Below, piece after piece: positions 40,323-50,064 of a stretch of DNA of 64,000 nucleotides. The notes beneath the pieces were generated by a model. It did not search any database. It was given only the letters and a program-made list of their open reading frames with translations, and was not told where the DNA came from. Positions within the stretch are counted from its first letter, which is position 1; each line of letters begins with the position of its first letter. The translations under genes were made by a program, and so were the position numbers. The DNA is from an uncultured Planctomycetaceae bacterium (lineage in GTDB: Bacteria > Planctomycetota > Planctomycetia > Pirellulales > PALSA-1355): the NCBI GenBank assembly GCA_963785305.1, contig CAWAUV010000007.1:192001-256000 (forward strand), read 5' to 3'.

Positions 40323-42257
40323 GTGCGCGGCGCGAAGCCGGAGGAGAGTAGCGAATGAAAGAGTCGCACGAGGCAAGGCCTAGCCAGCCACCTCGGCCTC
40401 GAGTGATGCGTCGTGTCGGGCAACTGGCAGGGCGAAGCGTTCACAGAGGCACGGCCGGGCGGTGTATCGAGCTCCGAAAACATTCTTTTGTGGCGGCCGA
40501 CCTTGTCCTGACCCCGTCGCTCGATACATGCGGGAAGGCAACAGTGATGTCGAACGATCATGGCGAGTCCGACGTCTCCCCCACGGAGTCCGGGACCACC
40601 CGCACGGCCGGAAACTTTTCTCGCGGAAGCCGGGAGATCCCGGGAACATCCGTTTCACCGGAAGCGGATCGGTCGGAGAAGGCGCGAGGCCACAAGTCCG
40701 ACATGCACGTTCCCGGGGAGTCAGACAGTTCCATAGTACCAAAGAAGCAGGCGAACAACGACAGCGTGCCGCTGTCGGCGGAGCCCGTGGAGGGAAGGGA
40801 GCTGACCGAGGAGAACGCCGAGCAGTCGCTACTGGACCGGACACAGCGCCGGGCTCCCAGGTCGCGCGGACTGCTGGGCGTGCGAGAAGCGGCACAACGC
40901 GACAAGAAGATGCGGTTCAACAATCTGCTGAACCATGTCACGCCCGAACTGCTGGTGGCGAGTTTCTTCGACCTGAAGAAGCAAGCCGCGCCCGGCGTCG
41001 ATGGCCTGACATGGGCTCAATACGCCACCGATTTCGAAACGCGGATCGACGATCCGCACAGTCGAATCCATCGGGGAGCCTATCGAGCCAGGCCGTCCAA
41101 GCGAACTTGGATTCCCAAGCTCGACGGCAAGCCGCGGCCCCTCGGGATCGCGGCGCTGGAGGACAAGATCGTCCAGCAAGCCGTACGGACGATCCTGGAG
41201 TGCATCTACGAAGAGGACTTTCTGGGTTTCAGTTACGGCTTTCGTCCTGGACGAAGCTGTCACCGAGCCTTGGACGCGCTCTACGTGGGCATCAAGAAGC
41301 GGAAAGTGAACTGGATTTTGGATGCGGACATCCGCGGCTTCTTCGACAACATCGACCACGCATGGTTGATGAAGTTCCTGGAGCATCGGATCGCCGACCG
41401 ACGACTGCTTCGGCTGCTGAAGAAATGGCTTCGAGCCGGAGTGTCGGAAGATGGCGAATGGTCCCCGAGCACCGTGGGAACACCTCAAGGAGCGGTGATT
41501 TCGCCGCTCTATTCGAACGTGTTCTTGCACTATGTTCTGGACCTGTGGCTGGTGGCGTGGCGGAAACGCCATGCCGTGGGCGAGGTCATCATCGTGCGCT
41601 ATGCGGACGATTTCGTAGTCGGATTCCGCGAGGAGTCCGACGCGCGACGCTGCCTGGCGGCGCTCCGGGAACGCTTCACCAAATTCGGTTTGGAACCGCA
41701 CCCGGAGAAGACGCGGCTGATCGAGTTCGGACGCTATGCGGCCGAACGACGATCGAAGCGTGGCGATGGCCCACCGGAGACATTCGACTTCCTGGGCTTC
41801 ACCCACATCAGTGGCGTGACCCGGAAGGGCGAATTCACCATTCGCCGCATCTCATCGGCCAAGAAGTTTCGTGGCAAACTGCGCGAACTGAAAGAAGCGC
41901 TGCGCGGGAAAATGCACATGGACTTGGCGCAAGTCGGGCCATGGCTATCGAGCGTTTACCGGGGATGGCTCAATTACCATGCGATTCCCGGCAACTCGGT
42001 GCGATTGCAACAATTCCGCACGGCGCTCCAGAAACTCTGGCTCCGCATGCTGCGGCGACGCAGCCAACGCGGACGCCGGATGACCTGGCGGAAGTTCTCG
42101 CAGCTTTGCAAACGATGGCTTCCCACCCCGAAAATCCTGCATCCTTATCCCGAAGTGCGGTTTGATCGTTTGTATCCAAGGTAGGAGCCGTATGCGGTAG
42201 TTCCGCACGTACGGATCTGTGCGGGGGGTGGCCCGAAAGGGCCATCCCTACCGCGAT
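40323..42257 (+). mobile_element. Group II intron, copy B (near-identical to A, inverted)
   Basis: 5' GTGCG at 40323; domains V/VI at about 42184-42257; a few substitutions relative to copy A. Confidence 0.92.
40703..42184 (+). CDS. ltrA: Group II intron reverse transcriptase/maturase
   Basis: Same RT motifs as copy A, including YADD. Confidence 0.95.
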   Translation: MHVPGESDSSIVPKKQANNDSVPLSAEPVEGRELTEENAEQSLLDRTQRRAPRSRGLLGVREAAQRDKKMRFNNLLNHVTPELLVASFFDLKKQAAPGVDGLTWAQYATDFETRIDDPHSRIHRGAYRARPSKRTWIPKLDGKPRPLGIAALEDKIVQQAVRTILECIYEEDFLGFSYGFRPGRSCHRALDALYVGIKKRKVNWILDADIRGFFDNIDHAWLMKFLEHRIADRRLLRLLKKWLRAGVSEDGEWSPSTVGTPQGAVISPLYSNVFLHYVLDLWLVAWRKRHAVGEVIIVRYADDFVVGFREESDARRCLAALRERFTKFGLEPHPEKTRLIEFGRYAAERRSKRGDGPPETFDFLGFTHISGVTRKGEFTIRRISSAKKFRGKLRELKEALRGKMHMDLAQVGPWLSSVYRGWLNYHAIPGNSVRLQQFRTALQKLWLRMLRRRSQRGRRMTWRKFSQLCKRWLPTPKILHPYPEVRFDRLYPR

Positions 42258-42332
42258 AAGTGTCAGTCGAATTGCCGGAACCGCAAATTTCCCGGCAAAA
42301 CCCAACCTTACCCGCCGATACACACCCCCTAA

Positions 42333-42419
42333 CGGATGGGGAGGGATTCGAACCCCCGGTACAGTTACCCGTACTGCAGTTTTCAAGACTGCCGCCTTAG
42401 TCCACTCGGCCACCCATCC
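42333..42419 (-). tRNA. tRNA-Ser(TGA)
   Basis: GGATGGGTGGCCGAGTGGACTAAGGCGGCAGTCTTGAAAACTGC, long variable arm, GGTTCGAATCC. Confidence 0.96.
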
Positions 42420-42539
42420 AACGCTTGTTTTCTCGGTCTTTTTCGACGGAAGCCCTCCGGCTCCCTGCTAGCTTGCCACCCAATTTGGCGCCGGATAGCT
42501 TGCATGCTCCCCCGAGCAAGCATTGGAGCGATCAGGTCC

Positions 42540-42760
42540 ATGCCCAAGACTACCGCAAAACCGCGAGTCGGCAAACCCCGCCCGGATTTCCCGCCGTTTC
42601 CACGCGCTTCGGGCCGCTGGGCTAAGACGATTCTCGGTCGCTTCGTCTATTTTGGCAAGGTCGCCGATGGTTCGAAGGGCGAAGCGGCGCTCACCCTCTG
42701 GCTCGACCGGCGTGATGATTTGCCGGCCGGTCACAAGCCGCGGACAGCCACGCGATGCCT
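42540..42760 (+). pseudogene. N-terminal remnant of a planctomycete-type tyrosine integrase
   Basis: KPRPDFPPFPRASGRWAKTILGRFVYFGK...AL..WL...DDL.AG pattern; no catalytic domain follows. Confidence 0.6.
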
Positions 42761-42851
42761 CCCCGCCGATCGAGTTTTCGGGAGGGACGGGGACAACACG
42801 GATAGCATCTTTCTTTCGAGCACCTCGTAACCCGACATCACGAATTCGATC

Positions 42852-43239
42852 TTACGTGGGATCGCTTTTCCCATCGGATTGATTTTCCGGGAGGCACGGC
42901 AGCGTTTGCGCTTCGCCGCGCATTTTACTGAATGCCGCTTTCAGTTTTTCCGAAGTCTCACAACGCGCCACCGCGAAACCGGGCCAATTCGGAAAAGCTT
43001 TTCGCGCTGCTTCCCAAATATGGTTGCAGCGAATCAATCGGTGTTTCCGCAATCACGCTTGTGCGATAACGAAGCAAATAGCGTAAGATCGTATCACCGC
43101 CCGAGAAGTTTATGGGCTGTTCGTCCGACCATATCAAGGCGTCGCAAAATATGCTGTAATGTAAGGAAGCGCCACTGACGTGGCGCAAATTGTCTAAAAA
43201 TGGTGTTAAACGACTGATATCTTTATATGGGTCGTTCAT
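42852..43239 (-). CDS. Low-GC hypothetical protein (orphan immunity-like), one frameshift
   Basis: MNDPYKDISRLTPF...LLRYRTS continuing in another frame as WEAARKAFPNWPGF. Confidence 0.5.
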
Positions 43240-43569
43240 GTTCGTTATTTCTAGACCATATCTTCAGACAGTCACCTATTTGCGGCGTGGTGTTGATTGT
43301 ACAAGATGATTGTCGTCTGGGGCGGGGGTGGGGAGGGACGCGTCGGCGTGATGTCTAGCGAACGTGGCCCGTGGGGCCGAAGAGCAGGGCCGCGGGGGGC
43401 AGGCCGTGAGCGCCGCGGGGACTGTCCGGGAGCGCGGCGGAAACAGGTCCGCGCGGCGGCGATTGCACTGGAGCACGAGCGGCAAGCGTTTTGGCCGTTC
43501 AGGCAAACGCCGAACGGCTGGCCGATTGGCCGGGCAGCCAGCGGCGGCCGAGGCTTGCTCCGAATATTC

Positions 43570-43654
43570 GCGGCTCGCGGAATAACGACTTAGGTCGTTA
43601 TTTTGACACCGTGTCCATACGGCGGCGCCTGTTGAATATTTCAACAGGCTGCTA
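43570..43654 (-). repeat. MITE-like repeat, partial copy 2
   Basis: Reverse-complement similarity to 10128-10215. Confidence 0.7.
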
Positions 43655-43808
43655 TGCGATCGCGCTCTTGGAAAGTAAGCTGACGAGACCATCGTCGGCA
43701 CTCCGTTCGCGAGGGAAAGCCGGCAAGACTTCGCCAATGGAAATGCCCGGCAATGCCTCGCGCGGAGTGAGGACACCGCCGCCGAAACGCGACGGCGACC
43801 AACAACGT

Positions 43809-43954
43809 GTTGAAGAACGCCGTCGTGGCATTTTCCAACCTCGCCAAGCGCCGAGCAAGGTTCGTCGCGGCTCGCAAAGAAACGATTTAAGTCCTTGTTT
43901 TGACACAATATCCCTGCGGCTCCTCGGCCTGTTGAATATTTCAACAGGCCGCTA
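43809..43954 (-). repeat. MITE-like repeat, copy 3
   Basis: Reverse-complement similarity to 10128-10272. Confidence 0.7.
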
Positions 43955-44086
43955 ACCCCGCTTCGCCACCTCCGACGATCCTCGAACGACGCAAGCCACG
44001 GAATAACATTTTCAAGGCCCTGGCGCCGGCGACCCGGCCGTTCCGACTCGCTTGCCTTTCACCCTTCAGCGCGGAGCCTAACAGCC

Positions 44087-45640
44087 ATGTTGAATCGCAT
44101 TTCGATGAATCCCACCTTCGTTCGGTCCGCGTCGAAGACATCGGGCGCGCGGCGCCCCGCGGCGTTCGAGTTGCGTCGGATATTGTTCGCGTGCTTGGCG
44201 ATCGCGCCTGGCCTCGCGCTTCGCCCGGCGATGGCGGCCGAGTCGGCGGCGCCGAGCTCGCCGCCGAATATCGTGGTGATCTTTTGCGACGACCTGGGCT
44301 ATGGCGACATCGGCCCGTTTGGCGCCAAGGGCCACGCGACGCCAAACCTCGATCGCATGGCGGCCGAGGGCATTCGCTTCACCCGGTTCTATGTTGCCCA
44401 GCCGGTGTGCTCCGCCTCACGAGCGGCGCTTATGACGGGCTGCTATTCGAGTCGGGTCAACATTTTCGGCGCTCTGGGTCCGAACTCGAAGATCGGCCTC
44501 AACCTGAACGAAACGACAATCGCGGAAGTCGCCAAACAGCGTGGCTATGCGACCGCGATCTTCGGAAAGTGGCATCTTGGCGACCGCCAACAATTCTTGC
44601 CGAAGCAGCAAGGCTTCGATGAATATCTGGGCCTACCCTATTCCAACGATATGTGGCCCGGCCGCTTCGCGCCGGGTCAACCCGAGGCCGATCCGAAGCG
44701 GCTAAAAAACGCCTATCCCCCGCTGCCGCTCATCGAGGGCGACGAGCCGAGGATTGCCGCCGTGACGGCCGACGACCAGCGGCAGCTCACGACTTGGTAC
44801 ACGGAGAGCGCCGTGAGCTTCATCGATCGTCATAAGGATCAGCCGTTCTTTCTCTATGTGCCGCATACCATGGTGCATGTTCCGCTGCATGTGAGCGACA
44901 AGTTCAAGGGCCATGCGTGCGATGGGCTCTATGGCGACGTGGTCGAGGAGCTTGACTGGTCGGTCGGCCAGATTTTGGCGGCGATCAAGAAAAACGGGCT
45001 CGACGAAAAGACGCTCGTGATGTTTACCTCCGACAATGGCCCCTGGCTCAACTACGGCAACCATGCCGGATCGGCTGGCCCCTTGCGCGAGGGCAAGGGC
45101 ACTTGTTGGGAGGGCGGGGTGCGCGAGCCGTTCGTTGCCCGCTGGCCTGGCAAGATTCCGGCCGGCAGCGTGTGCCAAGAGCCGGCGATGACGATCGATC
45201 TCTTGCCGACATTCGCCAAATTGATGGGCGCCAAGCTGCCTGACCGCAAGATCGATGGCCTCGACATCTGGCCGCTCTTGTCGGGCGATCCCGCGGCCAA
45301 GTCGCCGCATGACGCGTTTTATTTCTACTATCGCCAAAATGAGCTGCAGGCGGTGATGAGCGGCCCCTGGAAGCTGTATCTGCCGCATACCTATGTGACG
45401 CTGGCCGGCGGCGAAGGCGGTCGCGACGGCCGGCCCGTGCAATACAAGAATCGCAAGATCGAGCAGCCGGAGCTTTACAATGTGGTCGACGATATCGGGG
45501 AGAAGACGAATGTGGCGGCCGAGCATCCCGAGATCGTGAAGCGGCTCGAGGGCCATGCCGAAGAAGCGCGAGCCGAGCTTGGCGACTCGCTCACCAAGCG
45601 GCAAGGCAGCGGAGCGCGTCCGGTGGGCAGGGTCGAGTAA
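44087..45640 (+). CDS. Arylsulfatase (formylglycine-dependent)
   Basis: PNIVVIFCDDLGYGD, CSASRAALMTG, GKWHLG, SDNG, EGGVR; start uncertain. Confidence 0.95.
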   Translation: MLNRISMNPTFVRSASKTSGARRPAAFELRRILFACLAIAPGLALRPAMAAESAAPSSPPNIVVIFCDDLGYGDIGPFGAKGHATPNLDRMAAEGIRFTRFYVAQPVCSASRAALMTGCYSSRVNIFGALGPNSKIGLNLNETTIAEVAKQRGYATAIFGKWHLGDRQQFLPKQQGFDEYLGLPYSNDMWPGRFAPGQPEADPKRLKNAYPPLPLIEGDEPRIAAVTADDQRQLTTWYTESAVSFIDRHKDQPFFLYVPHTMVHVPLHVSDKFKGHACDGLYGDVVEELDWSVGQILAAIKKNGLDEKTLVMFTSDNGPWLNYGNHAGSAGPLREGKGTCWEGGVREPFVARWPGKIPAGSVCQEPAMTIDLLPTFAKLMGAKLPDRKIDGLDIWPLLSGDPAAKSPHDAFYFYYRQNELQAVMSGPWKLYLPHTYVTLAGGEGGRDGRPVQYKNRKIEQPELYNVVDDIGEKTNVAAEHPEIVKRLEGHAEEARAELGDSLTKRQGSGARPVGRVE

Positions 45641-45665
45641 GCGCCGATCCGAGAACTTCGTCGAG

Positions 45666-45699
45666 CCCTCGCCCTGCCCTCTCCCATAGGGGGAGAGGG
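45666..45699. repeat. REP-like hairpin after the sulfatase gene
   Basis: CCCTCTCCC-ataggg-GGAGAGGG stem-loop. Confidence 0.5.
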
Positions 45700-45710
45700 G
45701 GAGTTGTCGG

Positions 45711-45905
45711 CTAGCAGTCTGTTGCAATATTCAACAGTCGGCTAGGCTCCAACAGCCCGTCGATTTATTCAGCGGGCTGCTAGATCGCATGGATGCGATC
45801 ACAAAATAGCGACGCAATTCGTTATTTTGCGAGCCGCGCGCGGCTTTGCGGCGTGCTTGGCGAGGTTGAAATAAGCCACGAGAGCTTATGTCAACGGACT
45901 GCTAA
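45711..45905 (+). repeat. MITE-like repeat, degenerate copy 4
   Basis: Similar to 10128-10279; begins CTAG and ends CTAA. Confidence 0.7.
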
Positions 45906-45919
45906 GGAGCATCGCGCGA

Positions 45920-46903
45920 TCAACCATCGACCGGCATTGCCAAGGCAAACGGCGTCGCCGCGTCCAGCGGTCCGACCGAGGCGGCCGAGAGATTGTAGGC
46001 GGCGAATTCGACCCGATTGCGGCCGTGGTCTTTCGCCTCGTAGAGGGCTTCGTCGGCTCGTTTGACCGCCAGCAGCCGATCGGCGGCGGGCTGGGGCGGA
46101 ATCACGGTGACGCCGAAGCTCGTCGTCACTTGCACCTGACCCATCGGGGTTTCGACGGTCATGCGTTCGACGGCCTGCCGCAGCCGCTCGGCATGGGCCG
46201 CGGCGTTGGTCTCGTCGCAGCCGGGTAGCACAATCAAGAATTCCTCGCCGCCGTAGCGACTCACGGCATCGTAGGGCCGCACGAGTCCGCGGAGCTTCTC
46301 GGCAACATCTTGCAACACGGCGTCGCCCGCCAAGTGTCCGTGCGTGTCGTTGATGCGTTTGAAGTGATCGATGTCGGCGAGCGCCAGGCCGATCGGCGCT
46401 CCGAGCCGCAGGGCGCGTGCCATTTCCACGCGCAGAATATCGTCGATGGCGGCGCGGTTCCACAGGCCGGTGAGCGGATCGCGCATCGCCATCTCGCGGA
46501 GCGCTTCTTTCGAGGCGATGAGTTGGTCTTGCAGAAAGAGGATGCGCTTGCCGGTATTGAGCCGCACTTTGAGCTCTTGGGCGTCGAACGGCTTGGTCAC
46601 ATAGTCGTCGGCGCCGGCTTCGAGGCCGCCGATCACGTCTTCTTGCGAATTCTTGGCGGTGAGCAACAGGATATAGGTATATCGCTCGGAGAGACGTTGG
46701 CGAATACGGCGGCACAATTGGGCGCCGTCCAAGCCGGGCATCATCCAATCGAGGACCACGAGCTTGGGAGCGTTTTCGCCTTCGAGCAGGCGCCATGCTT
46801 GATTGCCGTCTTCGGCCAAGATGACTTCGTAACCCCACTTGCTCAAATACAATTGGAGCGTGCGGCGTGAAACAACTTCGTCGTCCGCGACCAAGACTTT
46901 CAT
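45920..46903 (-). CDS. Response regulator diguanylate cyclase (REC-GGDEF)
   Basis: MKVLVADD, LDWMMP, DPLTGLWNR, DIDHFK, RPYD I-site, RYGGEEF. Confidence 0.95.
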   Translation of the reverse strand: MKVLVADDEVVSRRTLQLYLSKWGYEVILAEDGNQAWRLLEGENAPKLVVLDWMMPGLDGAQLCRRIRQRLSERYTYILLLTAKNSQEDVIGGLEAGADDYVTKPFDAQELKVRLNTGKRILFLQDQLIASKEALREMAMRDPLTGLWNRAAIDDILRVEMARALRLGAPIGLALADIDHFKRINDTHGHLAGDAVLQDVAEKLRGLVRPYDAVSRYGGEEFLIVLPGCDETNAAAHAERLRQAVERMTVETPMGQVQVTTSFGVTVIPPQPAADRLLAVKRADEALYEAKDHGRNRVEFAAYNLSAASVGPLDAATPFALAMPVDG

Positions 46904-47187
46904 AGCTGCCTCGATGAAGAAACGTCGACCCGGCCTCGCGGCATTGCCGCGGGGCGATCCGAGAGCCATTGAAACATAGGTTCGGAAAGGCGCCCCGCGC
47001 GGGGAGGGGTGAGAAAAATGCCGCAATTCGTCGCCCGTGGCCTCGCGGCGCTGGCCGTTTTTGTAGACAGTCGTCGGCGGACGTCTACAATGAGGCCAGC
47101 GCGACGTTTAGTAGGCTGTTGAAACTCAACGGGTTGTTAACGTTACGCCGGGCGATTTTCGCGACCATGCGACTTGGAGCGGCGACA

Positions 47188-49578
47188 ATGCAATGGCGAA
47201 TGCTGAGTTTGACGGCAATGCTGATTTTGACCACGGCGGCGGCCGCGCGCGGCGCCGATGGACCCGACGCAACGCCCGACGCGCCGCCAGGCGAGCGGCC
47301 CGATGGCCCTCCCGGCGGACCCGCGCCCAAGGGCCCCGCCCCAGGCGCCTTTGAGCGAAACTTCGGGCAAGGCGATTTCGGGCCGGGCGCACTTTTTGCA
47401 ATCGTCGTGCTCTCGAAGGCCGACGCCGACAAAGATGACAAGCTCACGCCCGAAGAAGCCGCGGTTGCGGCCGAGCACTGGGTTCGCGACGCCGAGGGAC
47501 CTGCCCACGCCGGCTTGGACGCGGCCGGGCTCGCCGAGGCGATGATCGTGACCATGCCCGCGCCTCCCGAGGGCTCGCCTCCCGAAGCCACGCTGCCGCG
47601 GAGAATGTTCACGATGCTGACCTGGCAAATCCTCGCGGCGGCGGATGGGGACAAGAACGGCCGTCTTTCGCCCGACGAAGCGGCCTTGGCGGCGGCGCGA
47701 TTCGTGCGCGCCGCATCGCGGCCGGCGCCGCCGCGCGCGAACGCGGCGCCATCGCCACCGGCCGACGCAACCGTTGCGAGCCTTGATCGCGATGCGCTCG
47801 CGCGCGGCATTAACCGCGCGATCGGCGGTCCGGGCTTTGGCGGCCCGCGCCGCGATGCACTGAAGCTCGTGAAAAAGTTCGACACCAATGGCAACGGGCG
47901 GCTCGATCGCGAGGAGCGCGTGGCGGCGCGGGAGTTCGTCAAGAAAGAGCGCCCGGCCGGCGAGCGACGCGGATTTGGTCCACCGGGAGGCATGGCCGGC
48001 GGTCCTCCGGGTTCTGGCCCACCGGGCGGGTTTGGGCCGCCGGGATTCGGCCGCGCCGAGGAGCCGGTCAAGCTGGGGCCGCGGATCGGGCCATCGGGCG
48101 TGAAGACATTTCCCGGCGAACCGCTCTATGCGCCGCTTGTCCTGCGCACATTTTTCTTAACCTTCGAAGACGACGATTGGGAAGCCGAACTCGAGGAATT
48201 TCACGATACCGATGTCGAGCTACCGGCCCAGCTCATGGTCGATGGTCGCACATATACCGGTGTCGGAGTGCATTTCCGCGGCATGTCGTCGTATGGCATG
48301 GTGCCGGCCGGCCACAAGCGTTCGCTCAACGTGTCGCTCGACTTCGTCGATCCCGAGCAGCGTCTCCAGGGCTACAAAACGCTCAACTTGCTGAATTCAC
48401 ATGAAGACCCGACCTTCATGCACACGGTGCTCTACTTCGACATTGCCCGCCACTACATTCCCGCTCCGCAAGCGAACTACGCTCGCGTGGTCGTGAACGG
48501 CGAAAGCTGGGGGCTCTATGTCAATGCCCAGCAGTTCGACAAGAAGTTCGTCGAGGAAAACGGAGGCGGTAAAGGCGCCCGTTGGAAAGTGCGCGGAAGT
48601 CCCGGCGGCGGAGGTGGGCTCGAGTACTTGGGCGAGAATGTGGCCGACTATAAACGTCGCTACGAAATCAAATCAAAAGACAACGACGCCGATTGGAAGG
48701 CGTTTATCGCGCTTTGCAAGACACTCAACGAAACTCCGCCCGACCGATTGGCCGAGGCAACTCGCCCGCTCCTCGATGTCGATGGCGCGCTCTGGTTCTT
48801 GGCGCTCGACAATGCGCTGATCAACTGCGATGGCTACTGGATCCGGGCCAGCGACTACACGATCTATCGCGACGCTAAGAGCAAGTTTCACATCGTGCCC
48901 CACGACGCCAACGAAACATTTCAGCCCGGCATGGGTCCTGGCTTCGGCGGACCCGGCCGCGGCGGTCCCGGCTTTGGCGGAGCGGCATTTGGTGGACAGG
49001 GCCGCGGGGCTCCGCGAGTGGCAAGCGATGCCGGGGGCCCCGACAAAGGACGCGGCGACGCGACTCGGCCCGATGCGGGACCGCCCGACTCGCGCCGCGC
49101 GGAAGCGCGGCGCGGCGCCGAGCTAGCGCGAAATCCGATCGAGATCGATCCGCTGATTGGTCTCGACGATCCCCGGAAACCGCTGCGGAGCAAGCTGCTG
49201 GCCGTGCCCGAATTTCGCGAGCAGTATTTGGCGCATGTCCGCGCGATCGCTGAAAAATGGCTGGATTGGAACACGCTCGGCCCCATGGTGGCGCGATATC
49301 GAGAATTGATCGAGCCTGAAATCGCGGCCGACACGCGCAAGCTCTCGTCGTTGGCCGCATTCGAGCGCGCGGTGGCCGACGGCGCCGAAACGCCCTCGGC
49401 AAATACTCGATCGGCGAATGGCGCGTCGCCGGTCGCAAAGCCGGGGGCGCCCAGTCCCGCGGAGCCGCCCCGCGGTCGCGAACTGCCTAGCTTGCGAGCG
49501 TTTGCCGAGGCGCAACGCGCGTATTTGCTGAATTATCCCGAAATCAAGAACCTGCCACGCTCGCCAGCCGCCGAATGA
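47188..49578 (+). CDS. Secreted CotH-family kinase-like protein with EF-hand motifs
   Basis: Signal peptide; DADKDDKLTPEE, DGDKNGRLSPDE, DTNGNGRLDREE; GVHFRG.SS, KRS, VNGESWGLY, PHDANE. Confidence 0.85.
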   Translation: MQWRMLSLTAMLILTTAAAARGADGPDATPDAPPGERPDGPPGGPAPKGPAPGAFERNFGQGDFGPGALFAIVVLSKADADKDDKLTPEEAAVAAEHWVRDAEGPAHAGLDAAGLAEAMIVTMPAPPEGSPPEATLPRRMFTMLTWQILAAADGDKNGRLSPDEAALAAARFVRAASRPAPPRANAAPSPPADATVASLDRDALARGINRAIGGPGFGGPRRDALKLVKKFDTNGNGRLDREERVAAREFVKKERPAGERRGFGPPGGMAGGPPGSGPPGGFGPPGFGRAEEPVKLGPRIGPSGVKTFPGEPLYAPLVLRTFFLTFEDDDWEAELEEFHDTDVELPAQLMVDGRTYTGVGVHFRGMSSYGMVPAGHKRSLNVSLDFVDPEQRLQGYKTLNLLNSHEDPTFMHTVLYFDIARHYIPAPQANYARVVVNGESWGLYVNAQQFDKKFVEENGGGKGARWKVRGSPGGGGGLEYLGENVADYKRRYEIKSKDNDADWKAFIALCKTLNETPPDRLAEATRPLLDVDGALWFLALDNALINCDGYWIRASDYTIYRDAKSKFHIVPHDANETFQPGMGPGFGGPGRGGPGFGGAAFGGQGRGAPRVASDAGGPDKGRGDATRPDAGPPDSRRAEARRGAELARNPIEIDPLIGLDDPRKPLRSKLLAVPEFREQYLAHVRAIAEKWLDWNTLGPMVARYRELIEPEIAADTRKLSSLAAFERAVADGAETPSANTRSANGASPVAKPGAPSPAEPPRGRELPSLRAFAEAQRAYLLNYPEIKNLPRSPAAE

Positions 49579-49898
49579 CGCGGCCGGGAAACTTTGTGAT
49601 TGTCGGCGACCCACGCGACTCGGCATGATAGGGTCATCGGGGGCCCTTGGGGCCCTTGGGACTTGGCGATCGACGGGCCTTTTCGAGTTTGGGCCGGCCT
49701 GCTAAACTTCCCCCTCGTCGCGTCCATGCGGCGGCTCGGCCTGTTGAATAATTTCAGCGGGTTGCTGGGCGGGGCATCGGCCGCCTGGGCGCGGGAGGCG
49801 TGCGCACTGTCGCCGCGCGACCCGGCGATCCGGATTTTTGCCTGGGGACCGTGGTCGGCGCGGCGCGAAATTCGGGTTACGATGAATCAGATGCGATT

Positions 49899-49971
49899 GG
49901 GGCGGTAGCTCAGTTGGGAGAGCGCTGCGTTCGCAATGCAGAGGTCGAGGGTTCGACTCCCTTCCGCTCCA
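49899..49971 (+). tRNA. tRNA-Ala(CGC)
   Basis: GGGGCGGTAGCTCAGTTGGGAGAGCGCTGCGTTCGCAATGCAG...GGTTCGACTCC. Confidence 0.96.
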
Positions 49972-49976
49972 CATAT

Positions 49977-50014
49977 AAGCCCTTTCGTGACCACGGGTCA
50001 CGAAAGGGCTTTTT
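49977..50014 (+). terminator. Rho-independent terminator after tRNA-Ala
   Basis: AAGCCCTTTCGTGACC-acg-GGTCACGAAAGGGCTT followed by a T run. Confidence 0.8.
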
Positions 50015-50064
50015 GCCTTCATACGACCCTCTGACCAACGGAGCGAGGGGGTAAGTTGTCGGAG

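Noticed and set aside
35062..42257. Diversity-generating retroelement or retron (RT next to paired RHS repeats)
   Set aside because: The RTs sit inside complete group II intron boundaries with domains V/VI; differences between the RHS paralogs are not adenine-specific; no TR/VR pair, avd or msr-msd was seen.
42840..43300. Integron gene cassette
   Set aside because: No convincing attC (RYYYAAC...GTTRRRY with paired arms) and no intI in the window.
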